Assembly: GCA_047651235.1 (NCBI GenBank)
Contig: CP178758.1
Span: 1,470,001-1,502,000 of the forward strand
DNA: 32,000 bases
Reading direction: 5' to 3'
DNA from: Candidatus Electrothrix yaqonensis
GTDB taxonomy: Bacteria > Desulfobacterota > Desulfobulbia > Desulfobulbales > Desulfobulbaceae
Shown: positions 16,274 to 25,023 of the stretch, one piece after another
How the letters are laid out: each line of letters starts with the position of its first letter
Numbering within the stretch: position 1 is the stretch's first letter
The notes under the pieces: model-generated
Database searches by the model: none
What the model was told of the DNA's origin: nothing
Seen by the model: only the letters and a program-made list of their open reading frames with translations
Made by a program: the position numbers and the translations under genes

Positions 16274-17500
16274 ATGTCCTTTGAACGCTTTGTCAGCTTC
16301 CGCTATCTGCGGGCTAAACGCAAACAGAAGTTTATCTCTCTGATCTCGGTCATCTCCGTACTCGGCGTGGCCGTGGGCGTGATGGCTCTGATTGTTGTCC
16401 TGTCCGTGTACACCGGCTTTACCGAGGGGCTGCGGGATCAGATCATCGGGATCAATGCCCATGTGCTGGTGAACCGGCCCGGCAGCAGCATCGGGGAGCC
16501 CTACCGCCTGCAAGAGGAGGTGGAGGCGGTGGACGGGGTGACAGCGGCAACGCCGTATATTTACGCCCAGGCCCTGATCACCTCCGGCCAGTCATCTTCA
16601 GGAATCGCTGTCCGGGGCATTGACCCGCTCGGTGCGGGTAAGGTTCTTAATCTGGAGAAGAAAATGCTCAGCGGCAGCCTGACCGATCTTGCCGATGATG
16701 CCGGGCTGCCCCTGATTGTTCTCGGTCGGGATCTGGCAGCGCAGCTGCGGGTGGATATAGGCTGGAAGATCAGGCTGCTGTCGCCCAACGGTACTCTTAC
16801 CCCGATGGGGGTGCTGCCTAGGGTGCAGACCTGTGTGGTCGGCGGTATTTTTGCCACCGGCATGTATGAATACGATTCCTCAATGGGCTTTGTCAGTCTG
16901 GAGACCGCCCGGAGCCTTGCCGGTCTTGATGGAGACCGCGTACACGGCCTTGAACTGCGGGTGGCATATGTTGATAAGGCGGACAGTATTGCTGCTACTG
17001 TCCGGCAGCGCGTCGGGCAACATTATCTGGTACGGGACTGGATGCAGATGAACCGGAATCTGTTTGCCGCTCTGAAACTGGAAAAGATCGGTATTTTTAT
17101 CGCCCTGGATCTTATAATTCTGGTTGCATCCCTGAATATCATCAGTGCCCTGGTGATGGTGGTGATGGAAAAAAATAAAGACATCGCTATTCTGAAATCA
17201 ATGGGTGCCACCACCGGCAGCATTATGCGGATTTTCTTCTATCAGGGCGCCGTAGTCGGTTTTACAGGTACTCTGCTCGGTATCGGTGGCGGAATTGGTC
17301 TCTGTTCCCTGCTCAAACGCTATAAAATTATTGAGCTGCCCAGCAATGTTTATCCCATGTCCACCCTGCCGGTCAAGGTGGTGCCTGCGGATGTCATTGT
17401 TATCGCCATTTCCGCCATTGTCATTACTCTGCTTGCGACTCTGTATCCTTCCTGGAAGGCATCAGGGGTCCGGCCTGCTGATGCCCTGACCTATGAATAG
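16274..17500 (+). CDS. Lipoprotein-releasing system permease (LolC/LolE family, FtsX-like)
   Basis: The N-terminus MSFERFVSFRYLRAKRKQKFISLISVISVLGVAVGV is typical of LolC/E. It has a large periplasmic domain and a C-terminal FtsX-type 3-TM bundle. I prefer the ATG at 16274 to the TTG at 16262. Confidence 0.85.
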   Translation: MSFERFVSFRYLRAKRKQKFISLISVISVLGVAVGVMALIVVLSVYTGFTEGLRDQIIGINAHVLVNRPGSSIGEPYRLQEEVEAVDGVTAATPYIYAQALITSGQSSSGIAVRGIDPLGAGKVLNLEKKMLSGSLTDLADDAGLPLIVLGRDLAAQLRVDIGWKIRLLSPNGTLTPMGVLPRVQTCVVGGIFATGMYEYDSSMGFVSLETARSLAGLDGDRVHGLELRVAYVDKADSIAATVRQRVGQHYLVRDWMQMNRNLFAALKLEKIGIFIALDLIILVASLNIISALVMVVMEKNKDIAILKSMGATTGSIMRIFFYQGAVVGFTGTLLGIGGGIGLCSLLKRYKIIELPSNVYPMSTLPVKVVPADVIVIAISAIVITLLATLYPSWKASGVRPADALTYE

Positions 17501-18191
17501 TATAAATAAAAGTTCCATGCTGCTGCAGGCTGTTAATATCCATAAGGACTATGGCACAGCGGAAAATCCGATCCGGGTGCTGCACCGGGTAGATCTGGAG
17601 ATCTATCCCGGTGAGATGCTGGCCATTGTCGGTGCGTCCGGGTCGGGAAAGACCACCCTGCTGCAGATCCTCGGCTGCCTTGATGTCCCGGACAAGGGAA
17701 CCCTGAGTTTTGCCGGTCAGGAGCTGACCCAGCTGCCGGAAAATAAACTTGCGCGGCACAGAAATAAACATATCGGTTTTATCTTTCAGTTTCATTATCT
17801 GCTGCCCGATTTTTCAGCCTTGGAAAATGTGATGATGCCGGGCCTGATCGCCGGACAGACCGGGCAGGCCGGAAAAAAGCTCAGGCATGAAGCAGAAGAC
17901 CTGCTTGGCCGGGTCGGCCTGAGTCATCGGCTCAGTCATCGGAGCGGTGAGCTGTCCGGCGGGGAGCAGCAGCGGGTGGCCCTGGCACGGGCCCTGATTA
18001 TGCGTCCGGCCCTGCTGCTGGCCGATGAACCCACCGGTAACCTGGATTCAGTCAGCGGTCGGCAGGTCTTTGATCTGCTGACTGATATCTGCCGGACCCG
18101 GTCCATGTCCGTAGTCATGGTGACCCATAATCTGGAACTGGCCAAGTCCATGGACCGGTGTTTGACGTTGAAGGATGGGCAGTTGGCTTGA
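17493..18191 (+). CDS. lolD: Lipoprotein-releasing system ATP-binding protein LolD
   Basis: 232-aa ABC ATPase with Walker A GASGSGKTT, signature LSGGEQQR and Walker B LLLADEP. It overlaps the permease gene by 8 nt. Confidence 0.85.
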   Translation: MNSINKSSMLLQAVNIHKDYGTAENPIRVLHRVDLEIYPGEMLAIVGASGSGKTTLLQILGCLDVPDKGTLSFAGQELTQLPENKLARHRNKHIGFIFQFHYLLPDFSALENVMMPGLIAGQTGQAGKKLRHEAEDLLGRVGLSHRLSHRSGELSGGEQQRVALARALIMRPALLLADEPTGNLDSVSGRQVFDLLTDICRTRSMSVVMVTHNLELAKSMDRCLTLKDGQLA

Positions 18192-18242
18192 AAATTGAAA
18201 TTGCAATCAAGGGCTGATTTTCCGGTTTAGAGAGAGGTAACA

Positions 18243-18277
18243 AAAAAAGCGGGACCGACCTTCGATCCCGCTTTTTT
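18243..18277. terminator. Bidirectional Rho-independent terminator
   Basis: The stem aaaaaagcggga (18243-18254) pairs with tcccgctttttt (18266-18277). It lies between convergent lolD and the minus-strand ORF at 18361. Confidence 0.7.
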
Positions 18278-18360
18278 GCTTACAGGCTTCCCTCACCGTT
18301 TGTGCCCCACACTGCTGCGTAAGAGGTAATTACATTACAGGGGGGCATCCAAGGTATTGA

Positions 18361-18939
18361 TCAGTAACACCTGTCATCTACATAAGGGTCCATTTTTTCG
18401 CAGCCGTCAGAGCATTGCTCCCGCACCTGATAGTCGCCGTACTGGCAGTAATACAGTGTATCATCATCCAACGAGGAATGGATACTGCTCCAGCTATAAC
18501 TAACAGTATCAGGCATGCAAAAGTCCAAGAAACACTCTCCTGGATTTACAATTTCTGGAACGTTCTCTTTTGCTTGCATTTTAGCAAAATAATCCAGATA
18601 GAGGTCATTACAAGATAAAGGCCAATAGAAGATTCCAATCTTTGAGCATAAATCTTCTATCTTTGACTCCCATTCTTTTTTATACCAAACTGTATCATCG
18701 ATATCTTTCCCGTCAGCCCCTTCTGGAGTTTCTACCCAATCCTGTACATCACTTAGTGTCACACAGTTATTGTATATAGCGGAGCCAGTGCTATACCTGT
18801 GAGCAGCCCGTTGAGTACGAAGACCGCAGACTTCATGCTCGTCACTATTTCTACTTTGGCACTCACAAAGGCTGTGGTAATAATTTGCAATTCGGTTGTT
18901 TCTCATATGCGAAATCAATCGAAGCTTGCCTCTTTTCAT
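18361..18939 (-). CDS. Hypothetical Cys-rich protein, possibly 5'-truncated by the adjacent IS remnant
   Basis: 192-aa ORF in AT-rich DNA. Its first ~25 codons overlap the transposase C-terminal frame, so the true start is unclear (an alternative Met is at 18906). I recognise no family or signal peptide. Confidence 0.3.
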   Translation of the reverse strand: MKRGKLRLISHMRNNRIANYYHSLCECQSRNSDEHEVCGLRTQRAAHRYSTGSAIYNNCVTLSDVQDWVETPEGADGKDIDDTVWYKKEWESKIEDLCSKIGIFYWPLSCNDLYLDYFAKMQAKENVPEIVNPGECFLDFCMPDTVSYSWSSIHSSLDDDTLYYCQYGDYQVREQCSDGCEKMDPYVDDRCY

Positions 18940-19675
18940 GCCGTTGACGAAGCTGTCTTATAACTTCATCTTCGTTTACATCTCGACGTGGAAGAATTGA
19001 CTTGAGTAATGTTGTTATATCAGCGCAACTCAATAACGGGACACCGACTTGATGGTATAATCGTTGCTCGACCATAAACAACATGGCCATCATGACCATA
19101 GTCATATGATGATGCCAAGCCAGCCATCCCCGAGCCCTTAGCCTTAAGACAACGTTCCTTGTCATCCGTCCAGCTTTTCGGTAAATACAGCCGACAGTCG
19201 ATCGGCGTTGAAAAGCGACCATATCCCAAAGTTGCAAACACTACTACTTGACAGTTGTCGGTTTTACCAAGCTGCCCGCACCATTGACGAGAAACCCCAA
19301 CAGACATTTTACCCTTTTTGGGTATCCCGGATTCATCAATAAAAAGAGCGCTATCTTCCTTTCCTCCAAAAATGTTATCCGCATCTTTAGCTACTTGGTT
19401 GTTTACAGGACGCCAATCCCAGTTCGAGTCGGAAAGAAAATACTGGAGGGGCTCATATTTAACGCCCGGAACCTTTTCCTCCATACGTTCCATGTTTTTT
19501 TGTCAGCCTGGAATAAACCTTTCAAGTATTGGAATGCTTTATCTGACAAACTTACCGTATGTCTCTTAAAAAAATGATGATATCTTTCGTGAAAAGACGT
19601 AAGTTGCCGGGCGATGCCGGTCAACTCAAAGAATTTGTCATGGGGACTTCTTTTTTCGGGGCTGGGAGCGTTCAT
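18863..19675 (-). mobile_element. Decayed IS701-family insertion sequence (transposase pseudogene)
   Basis: Three minus-strand ORF pieces lie in three frames (19675-19403, 19493-19020, 19237-18863). They carry IS701-like motifs (YLKGL, LQYFLSDSNWDW, GVSRQWCGQLGKTDNCQVVVF, RGWLAWHHH). The frames meet near 19135-19145, where roughly 200 aa of the DDE core are missing. Confidence 0.7.
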
Positions 19676-19821
19676 AAAAAGAATAAAGTTATAATCAGGG
19701 CGATTGACGGGTATTTTTTTGATAGCTGTTATCAGGTGCTATCTTGATCAAAAAGCGATAAAATCTTCCTAATGAAAGATACAACTTTATCCGGATATTG
19801 CAAGAAGTTTTTACAAATAGA

Positions 19822-20088
19822 TCAAAAGGTTATGGTTGACAAAGTAGAAGTAATAACGGCAGCGACTATATCAATATTATGCTGGGCAGACAATTTATCT
19901 TTTTTCCACCCATCATACCACGATCGAAGGCTTTTTGATAAGCTTGGCCCTAAGGATATTATTACCCATAGGTTAGCAAGTAAAAAAGCACCTTTTTTTT
20001 CAGCATTAATTATTTTTTGTAATCTATCTCGTTCTTTTGTTAAGCTCTCAATCTTTCTGGATAACTCGTTGTTTTCTTGATGATTCAT
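19822..20088 (-). CDS. Hypothetical small protein (coiled-coil N-terminus, hydrophobic C-terminus)
   Basis: The ORF runs from the Met at 20088 (MNHQENNELSRKIESLTKERDRLQKIINAEKK...). It lies in AT-rich DNA, and an overlapping plus-strand ORF of similar length makes coding uncertain. Confidence 0.25.
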   Translation of the reverse strand: MNHQENNELSRKIESLTKERDRLQKIINAEKKGAFLLANLWVIISLGPSLSKSLRSWYDGWKKDKLSAQHNIDIVAAVITSTLSTITF

Positions 20089-20385
20089 ATTGAGTTTCTG
20101 ATCGTTTTTGATTAAACGAACTAAGATCGTTAAGATCAACTATCATTCTATATTATTCAGACAGCGCATTGACGGAGATTTCGTTCAAATTATGCCCGTA
20201 TCTTCAGGCAGGCACGATCTTCAGCCTGGTTATATGTCGTTCCGCCCGGACATTGAACTGGCATTTCACCCCACAAAATGGTAGTATTTGAGAGTCGGGG
20301 TGCCTGTCATCCGCCCTGTTCCCGTCTTTCTGTTGTACAACGTAGTTGTTTTTATACCGAACAGACCAATTCTGACTATAAAAAT

Positions 20386-22143
20386 ATGCAAAAAAATACT
20401 ATCCGTCTGCACAGTTGTCTGAAACAGTACACCTATGATCAGGACAAGGCCTGCACTCCTGAACAGACTGTGGAGCTTTTTCAGGAACGGCTGAAGGCCA
20501 CCGGGCTGGACATCCTCAAAGAGGTGAAACGTATTGATACGGGCCGGCTGGATATCCCGGTCTTTTTCAGCGTCTGCGGCAAAGATGCTGCGGCAACCAT
20601 CGGCACGAAAAAGCAGATGGGCAAAGGCTCCACGCCGGAGCAGTCCAAGGCCAGTGCCTGTATGGAGCTGGCCGAGCGGTTCAGTTTTTTCTCCTTTCTC
20701 AGGAATCCGGATAATTTTATCGTCGGTGATTATGCGGCCATGCAGGAGGCCGGATATCCGGTCCTGCCGATGTCAGCCCTGCTCCATTCCGTCCATGATA
20801 CGGAACGCAGGCCGGAACAGCTGGAAGCCCTGCTTGCCGGGTTACCGTTGCGCTGGACTTGGGCCAGGAATATTACCAAGGATGAGGATGTCCTGATCCC
20901 CTTTTCCTGGTTTTACGCCATCAATGAGTTCAATGGCCCCTGTGCAGGCAATACTGTTGAAGAGGCCGTACTTCAGGGCGTCAGTGAGGTGGTGGAGCGG
21001 CATGTCTGCGCCGTGATTGCCCGGGAGCAGCCCCGCATTCCGAGCATTGATCTGGGGTCGGTCACAGACCCGGTGGCCCGTTCCCTGATTGATAAATTTC
21101 AGCGCAACGGCATCAGTTTGCAGGTTAATGATTTCTCCTTGGACACCGGCATTCCGACTGTCGGGGCACTTGCCTGGGATCCGGCCAGCTTTCCGGAAAA
21201 AAGCGAGCTGGTCTACACCGCCGGAACAACTCCCGGCCCGGACAAGGCCTTGATCCGCGCCCTGACCGAGGTGGCCCAGCTGGCCGGTGACTTTGAATCC
21301 GGATCCAATTACGTGGCCTCCGGTTTACCCAAGCCGCTCAGTCTGGACGAGGCGGAATATCTGTTTTCCGAGCAAACCGTTGCCATCAATCAGCTACCTA
21401 ATCTCGGTGCCGAGGATATGCTGCAGGAACTGCACAACTGCCTGTCTGCTCTGCAAAAAATTAATCTTGAGGTGCTGATGATCAACACCATGCATCCTGC
21501 ACTGCAGATTCCGGCGGCCTATACCATTATTCCCGGGGCTCATTTCCGCGAGCGGGCCGCCTCCGGTGATGCCCCGCTGTTTGCCGCCAAGCTGGCCGCC
21601 GAGCTGCTGTCCCCTGCTGCTCTGGAAGAAAAACTGGCAGCCATGCAGGAGGAGCTGCCTGATGCCTATTATCTGGAGTTCTACCGGGGCCGTAATTTTT
21701 ATGACCAGGATCTGGTTGAACCGGCGTTAAGCTGCTTTCAGCAGACTCTGACCATGCAGCCCAATAACGAGGACAAACCGTATATTTATTCCTACCTCGG
21801 CAGCTGCCTGCGGGATCTGGAGCGTTTTGAAGAGGCTGTACCGGTGCTGGAAAAAGGACTGGAGTGCGACGAGGAGCGGCCTGACCTGCACAACATCATC
21901 GGGGTCTGTCATTTCAGGGCGGACCGCTTTGAGCAGGCTGCGCATCATTTTCAGCGGGCTGTACAGCTTAATCCGGTCTCCGCTATTGATTACGCCAATC
22001 TGGCCCTGAACCAGCAGCGCCTCGGCCGGAAAGAGGAGGCGATCAGTAATTACCAGATCGCCCTGGGCCAGGATTCCGGTATCGCCTTTGCCGCAGAGAA
22101 TCTCGCTCTGCTGCTGGAGGAGGGCTCGGCGAGAACGGTATGA
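20386..22143 (+). CDS. YcaO-domain protein with C-terminal TPR repeats
   Basis: From the Met at 20386, the YcaO ATP/Mg-binding region reads GKGSTPEQSKASACMELAERFSFFSF. The C-terminal ~150 aa are TPR-like (FEEAVPVLEKGLE..., FEQAAHHFQRAVQLNP...). The track extension to 20278 lacks support. Confidence 0.8.
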   Translation: MQKNTIRLHSCLKQYTYDQDKACTPEQTVELFQERLKATGLDILKEVKRIDTGRLDIPVFFSVCGKDAAATIGTKKQMGKGSTPEQSKASACMELAERFSFFSFLRNPDNFIVGDYAAMQEAGYPVLPMSALLHSVHDTERRPEQLEALLAGLPLRWTWARNITKDEDVLIPFSWFYAINEFNGPCAGNTVEEAVLQGVSEVVERHVCAVIAREQPRIPSIDLGSVTDPVARSLIDKFQRNGISLQVNDFSLDTGIPTVGALAWDPASFPEKSELVYTAGTTPGPDKALIRALTEVAQLAGDFESGSNYVASGLPKPLSLDEAEYLFSEQTVAINQLPNLGAEDMLQELHNCLSALQKINLEVLMINTMHPALQIPAAYTIIPGAHFRERAASGDAPLFAAKLAAELLSPAALEEKLAAMQEELPDAYYLEFYRGRNFYDQDLVEPALSCFQQTLTMQPNNEDKPYIYSYLGSCLRDLERFEEAVPVLEKGLECDEERPDLHNIIGVCHFRADRFEQAAHHFQRAVQLNPVSAIDYANLALNQQRLGRKEEAISNYQIALGQDSGIAFAAENLALLLEEGSARTV

Positions 22144-22242
22144 AGCAGTCTGCCCGCATTCTACTTGTTGCCTGCTGCCGGGCTGATGTTCAGCGTCTTT
22201 CGTGAAAGATGAAAGAACCGTTCATTTTGAGAAAGAAAATAA

Positions 22243-22272
22243 TTGACAACGAACCGCAGGTCATGGTATTAA
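22243..22272 (+). promoter_or_regulatory. Putative sigma70 promoter of tRNA-Phe
   Basis: TTGACA (22243-22248), an 18-nt spacer, then TATTAA (22267-22272), about 22 nt upstream of the tRNA 5' end. Confidence 0.55.
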
Positions 22273-22294
22273 TTGCGCCCAATTGATCTGAAGT

Positions 22295-22370
<76 letters not shown>

Positions 22371-22379
22371 TGAAATACG

Positions 22380-22427
22380 AAAGGGTTTTAGGTAGATACG
22401 AAATATTCTACTTAAATCCCTTTTTTC
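22380..22427 (+). terminator. Rho-independent terminator after tRNA-Phe
   Basis: A long hairpin forms between aagggttttagg (22381-22392) and cttaaatccctt (22411-22422), with one mismatch. A run of tttttt follows. Confidence 0.6.
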
Positions 22428-22793
22428 TTGCCTTGCGCTCCAGTCCCCACACTGCCCCCACCTTTTTCTTGCCATCAATACGGTGTGTTTCCGTTTCCGC
22501 AAGCTGTTTTAACAGATTAACTGTCAATTACAGCCGCAGTCGGTTCGGGTTGTTTTCCGACTCCCATAGCTGATTTCAGCTTCCTCCTTCATTGTAGCCA
22601 ATTACTCATCCTGCGAGCCTGCTTGCCGAACATCCGGAAGCAGAACCAACTGTATCAGCAGATCAGCGGAAAAATCAACAAATTTCCCATAACGGCATTT
22701 TGATTTTCTTCAGGAGGCATGTATAATTACACCAGCTCAAGGGTTGTCCCGACAGCCCTCAATATCCAAAAAAGACGCAACAGAGGCAGGCAG

Positions 22794-24767
22794 ATGGCGG
22801 ACGGTCAACAGAACTGCACAATAACTTTTCTTCCCTCCGGACAGACAGTCCGGGTTGCACCGGAAACCGAGCTGCTGCAGGCGGCCCGGACAGCCGGACT
22901 GCATATCAATGCCTCCTGCGGCGGTGCTGGTGTGTGCGGAAAATGCCGGATTCTTGTCGAGCAGGGAACGGTACAGGGCGGCAGCAGTGAAAAAATCACT
23001 CCGGAAGAATACGCGGAAGGCTGGCGGCAGGCCTGCAGCGCTCAGGTGGACAGCGATGTCACCGTGCATATTCCGGAGGCGACGGGTCGGCGGAAAGGCG
23101 GGCTTGGTACCGACATCCCGCTACGGAATTACGCCCGCCGACATATTTTTGATATGGAGGAACTCAAACGGGAGGGCGTCTGGTCTCCACCGGTTGAGAA
23201 AGTCTGCGTGGAGCTTTCCCGTCCCGGCAGTAATGACAACAGGGCAGATGCCAGCCGTCTGCTGCAGGGGCTGGCTCACCAGTACCACAGAAACTGCAGG
23301 CTGAGCAGCCTTGCCCTGCTGCAGAAACTCGGTTATGCCCTGCGTCAGGATGATTTTCGGGTCACAGCGACCCTGGAAGTACCGGTGAATCAGGCGGGAA
23401 AGTATCAACTGCTGGATATCCAGCCGGGTTACTGGTGTCACCGCAATTTCGGGCTGGCTTTTGATATCGGCACCACAACGGTCTACGGGGTGCTGATTGA
23501 TCTTGAAACCGGAAAATTTCTCGCCGAGGCGTCCTGCTACAACCCGCAGATAAGTTACGGCGAAGATGTGATTTCCAGAATTGTCTATGCTGAAAAACCC
23601 AAAGGGCTGGGCGTGATGCATGACCTGGTAGCAGAGGCCATGAACCGGCTGATTACCGAAATGCTGGATAAGGCCGAGCCATCAGATGATAGAGCTCATG
23701 ATCCCATAACCAGGGAGGAAATCAACTCCATTTCCATTGCTGGCAACACCACCATGACCCATCTTTTTCTCCAGCTGGAGCCGGCCAATATCCGAAGGTC
23801 ACCGTATGTGCCGGTCACCACGCTGATTCCCTCTTTCCGGGCTCCTGAAATAGGGTTGGATCTGTCAGAGACCTGCGCAACCCTGGTCTATCCCGCTATT
23901 TCCAGTTACGTGGGCGGGGATATCGTGGCCGGTGTCATGGGATCAGGCATGTACCGCACCGAACAGCTGACCCTGTTTATTGACGTGGGGACCAATGCGG
24001 AAATCGTGATCGGCAACCGGGACTGGCTGGCCTGCGCTGCCTGTTCAGCCGGACCCGCCTTTGAGGGCGGCGGTATTACTCACGGGATACGGGCGGTGGA
24101 AGGGGCGATCAGCGATTTCAGCCTCAACCCGGAGACTCTGGAGCCGATGAATGTCACCGAGGGCGGTAAAGCACCCATCGGCATCTGCGGTTCCGGCCTG
24201 CTGATCATCGTGGCTACCCTGTTTGAGCACGGTGTACTGAACCGGGACGGAAAATTCAATCACATTGATCATCCCCGGATCAGGCAAGGACGCAGCGGCC
24301 AGGAATATGTGCTGGCCTGGGAGGATGAATGTGCTGCTGACCATGATATTGTGATCAATGAGGTGGACATTGAAAATTTTATCCGGGCCAAGGGGGCGAT
24401 CTTTGCAGGTATCACCACGGTGCTGGAACAGGTGGGGCTTCAGGTCAGTGACCTGGAACAGATTATTCTCGCCGGCGGCTTTGGTTCCTATATCGATCTG
24501 GACAGTGCCGTCAGTGTAGGGCTGCTGCCTGAGGTGGATCCGGAGAAGATCCGGTATGTGGGCAACGGTTCCCTGACCGGAGCCTGGATGTGTGAACTTT
24601 CCAACGCGGTCCGCAGAGACGTGGTGGAAGTGGCGCGTAGAATGACCAGCTTTGAACTCTCGGAAATTCCCGGATTCAAGGATCAGTACATGGCCTCCAT
24701 GTTCCTTCCCCATACCGACCTCAGCCTCTTTCCCTCAGCCGCCCGACGCAGCCGCGTGAACGGATGA
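22794..24767 (+). CDS. 2Fe-2S ferredoxin domain fused to an ASKHA/DUF4445 ATPase (RACo-like corrinoid/metallo-protein reductive activator family)
   Basis: From the Met at 22794, the N-terminus reads TITFLPSGQTVRV...INASCGGAGVCGKCRILVEQG. A large ASKHA-like body follows (GLAFDIGTTTVYG, FIDVGTNAEIV, ICGSGL). The architecture matches RACo-type activators as I recall them. Confidence 0.75.
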   Translation: MADGQQNCTITFLPSGQTVRVAPETELLQAARTAGLHINASCGGAGVCGKCRILVEQGTVQGGSSEKITPEEYAEGWRQACSAQVDSDVTVHIPEATGRRKGGLGTDIPLRNYARRHIFDMEELKREGVWSPPVEKVCVELSRPGSNDNRADASRLLQGLAHQYHRNCRLSSLALLQKLGYALRQDDFRVTATLEVPVNQAGKYQLLDIQPGYWCHRNFGLAFDIGTTTVYGVLIDLETGKFLAEASCYNPQISYGEDVISRIVYAEKPKGLGVMHDLVAEAMNRLITEMLDKAEPSDDRAHDPITREEINSISIAGNTTMTHLFLQLEPANIRRSPYVPVTTLIPSFRAPEIGLDLSETCATLVYPAISSYVGGDIVAGVMGSGMYRTEQLTLFIDVGTNAEIVIGNRDWLACAACSAGPAFEGGGITHGIRAVEGAISDFSLNPETLEPMNVTEGGKAPIGICGSGLLIIVATLFEHGVLNRDGKFNHIDHPRIRQGRSGQEYVLAWEDECAADHDIVINEVDIENFIRAKGAIFAGITTVLEQVGLQVSDLEQIILAGGFGSYIDLDSAVSVGLLPEVDPEKIRYVGNGSLTGAWMCELSNAVRRDVVEVARRMTSFELSEIPGFKDQYMASMFLPHTDLSLFPSAARRSRVNG

Positions 24768-24903
24768 ACAAGTGAATTCAGATGCACTGCGCAGCGCCGG
24801 ACCGGTAGAAAAATTACGCAGTTCTGCTGTCATTCACTTGACATTCTTCATGCGGCATACAATATTGAGCAACCCCGGCCAGGAAGCAGGGGGACGTCGG
24901 AAA

Positions 24904-24967
24904 TGTATGTGAAATGTATGCGGGTATGCGGCGGCTCGGCTGACATGACCATACAGACGACCATACA
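24904..24967. promoter_or_regulatory. Phased TGTATG/CATACA hexamer boxes upstream of the FMN-protein gene
   Basis: TGTATG occurs at 24904 and 24915, and GGTATG at 24923. The inverted CATACA occurs at 24950 and 24962. These sit within two short tandem duplications (gaaatgtatg x2, gaccatacaga x2), 57-120 nt upstream of the ATG at 25024. Confidence 0.3.
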
Positions 24968-25023
24968 GAACCGGAGACCGCATTCGGTTCAGGTTCCGAC
25001 GGATTCTCTTGAGGAGGAGTGAG

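Noticed and set aside
18205-18220. aatcaagggctgattt after lolD as a fifth, shortened copy of the island palindrome
   Set aside because: It shares only the AATCA/TGATT arms and the GGG, and lacks the tcagactcgat core. It is too short to distinguish from chance.
20192-20284. 30-codon ORF (MPVSSGRHDLQPGYMSFRPDIELAFHPTKW) upstream of YcaO as a RiPP precursor
   Set aside because: It has no SD and no Cys/Ser/Thr-rich core. It also overlaps the likely YcaO promoter region.
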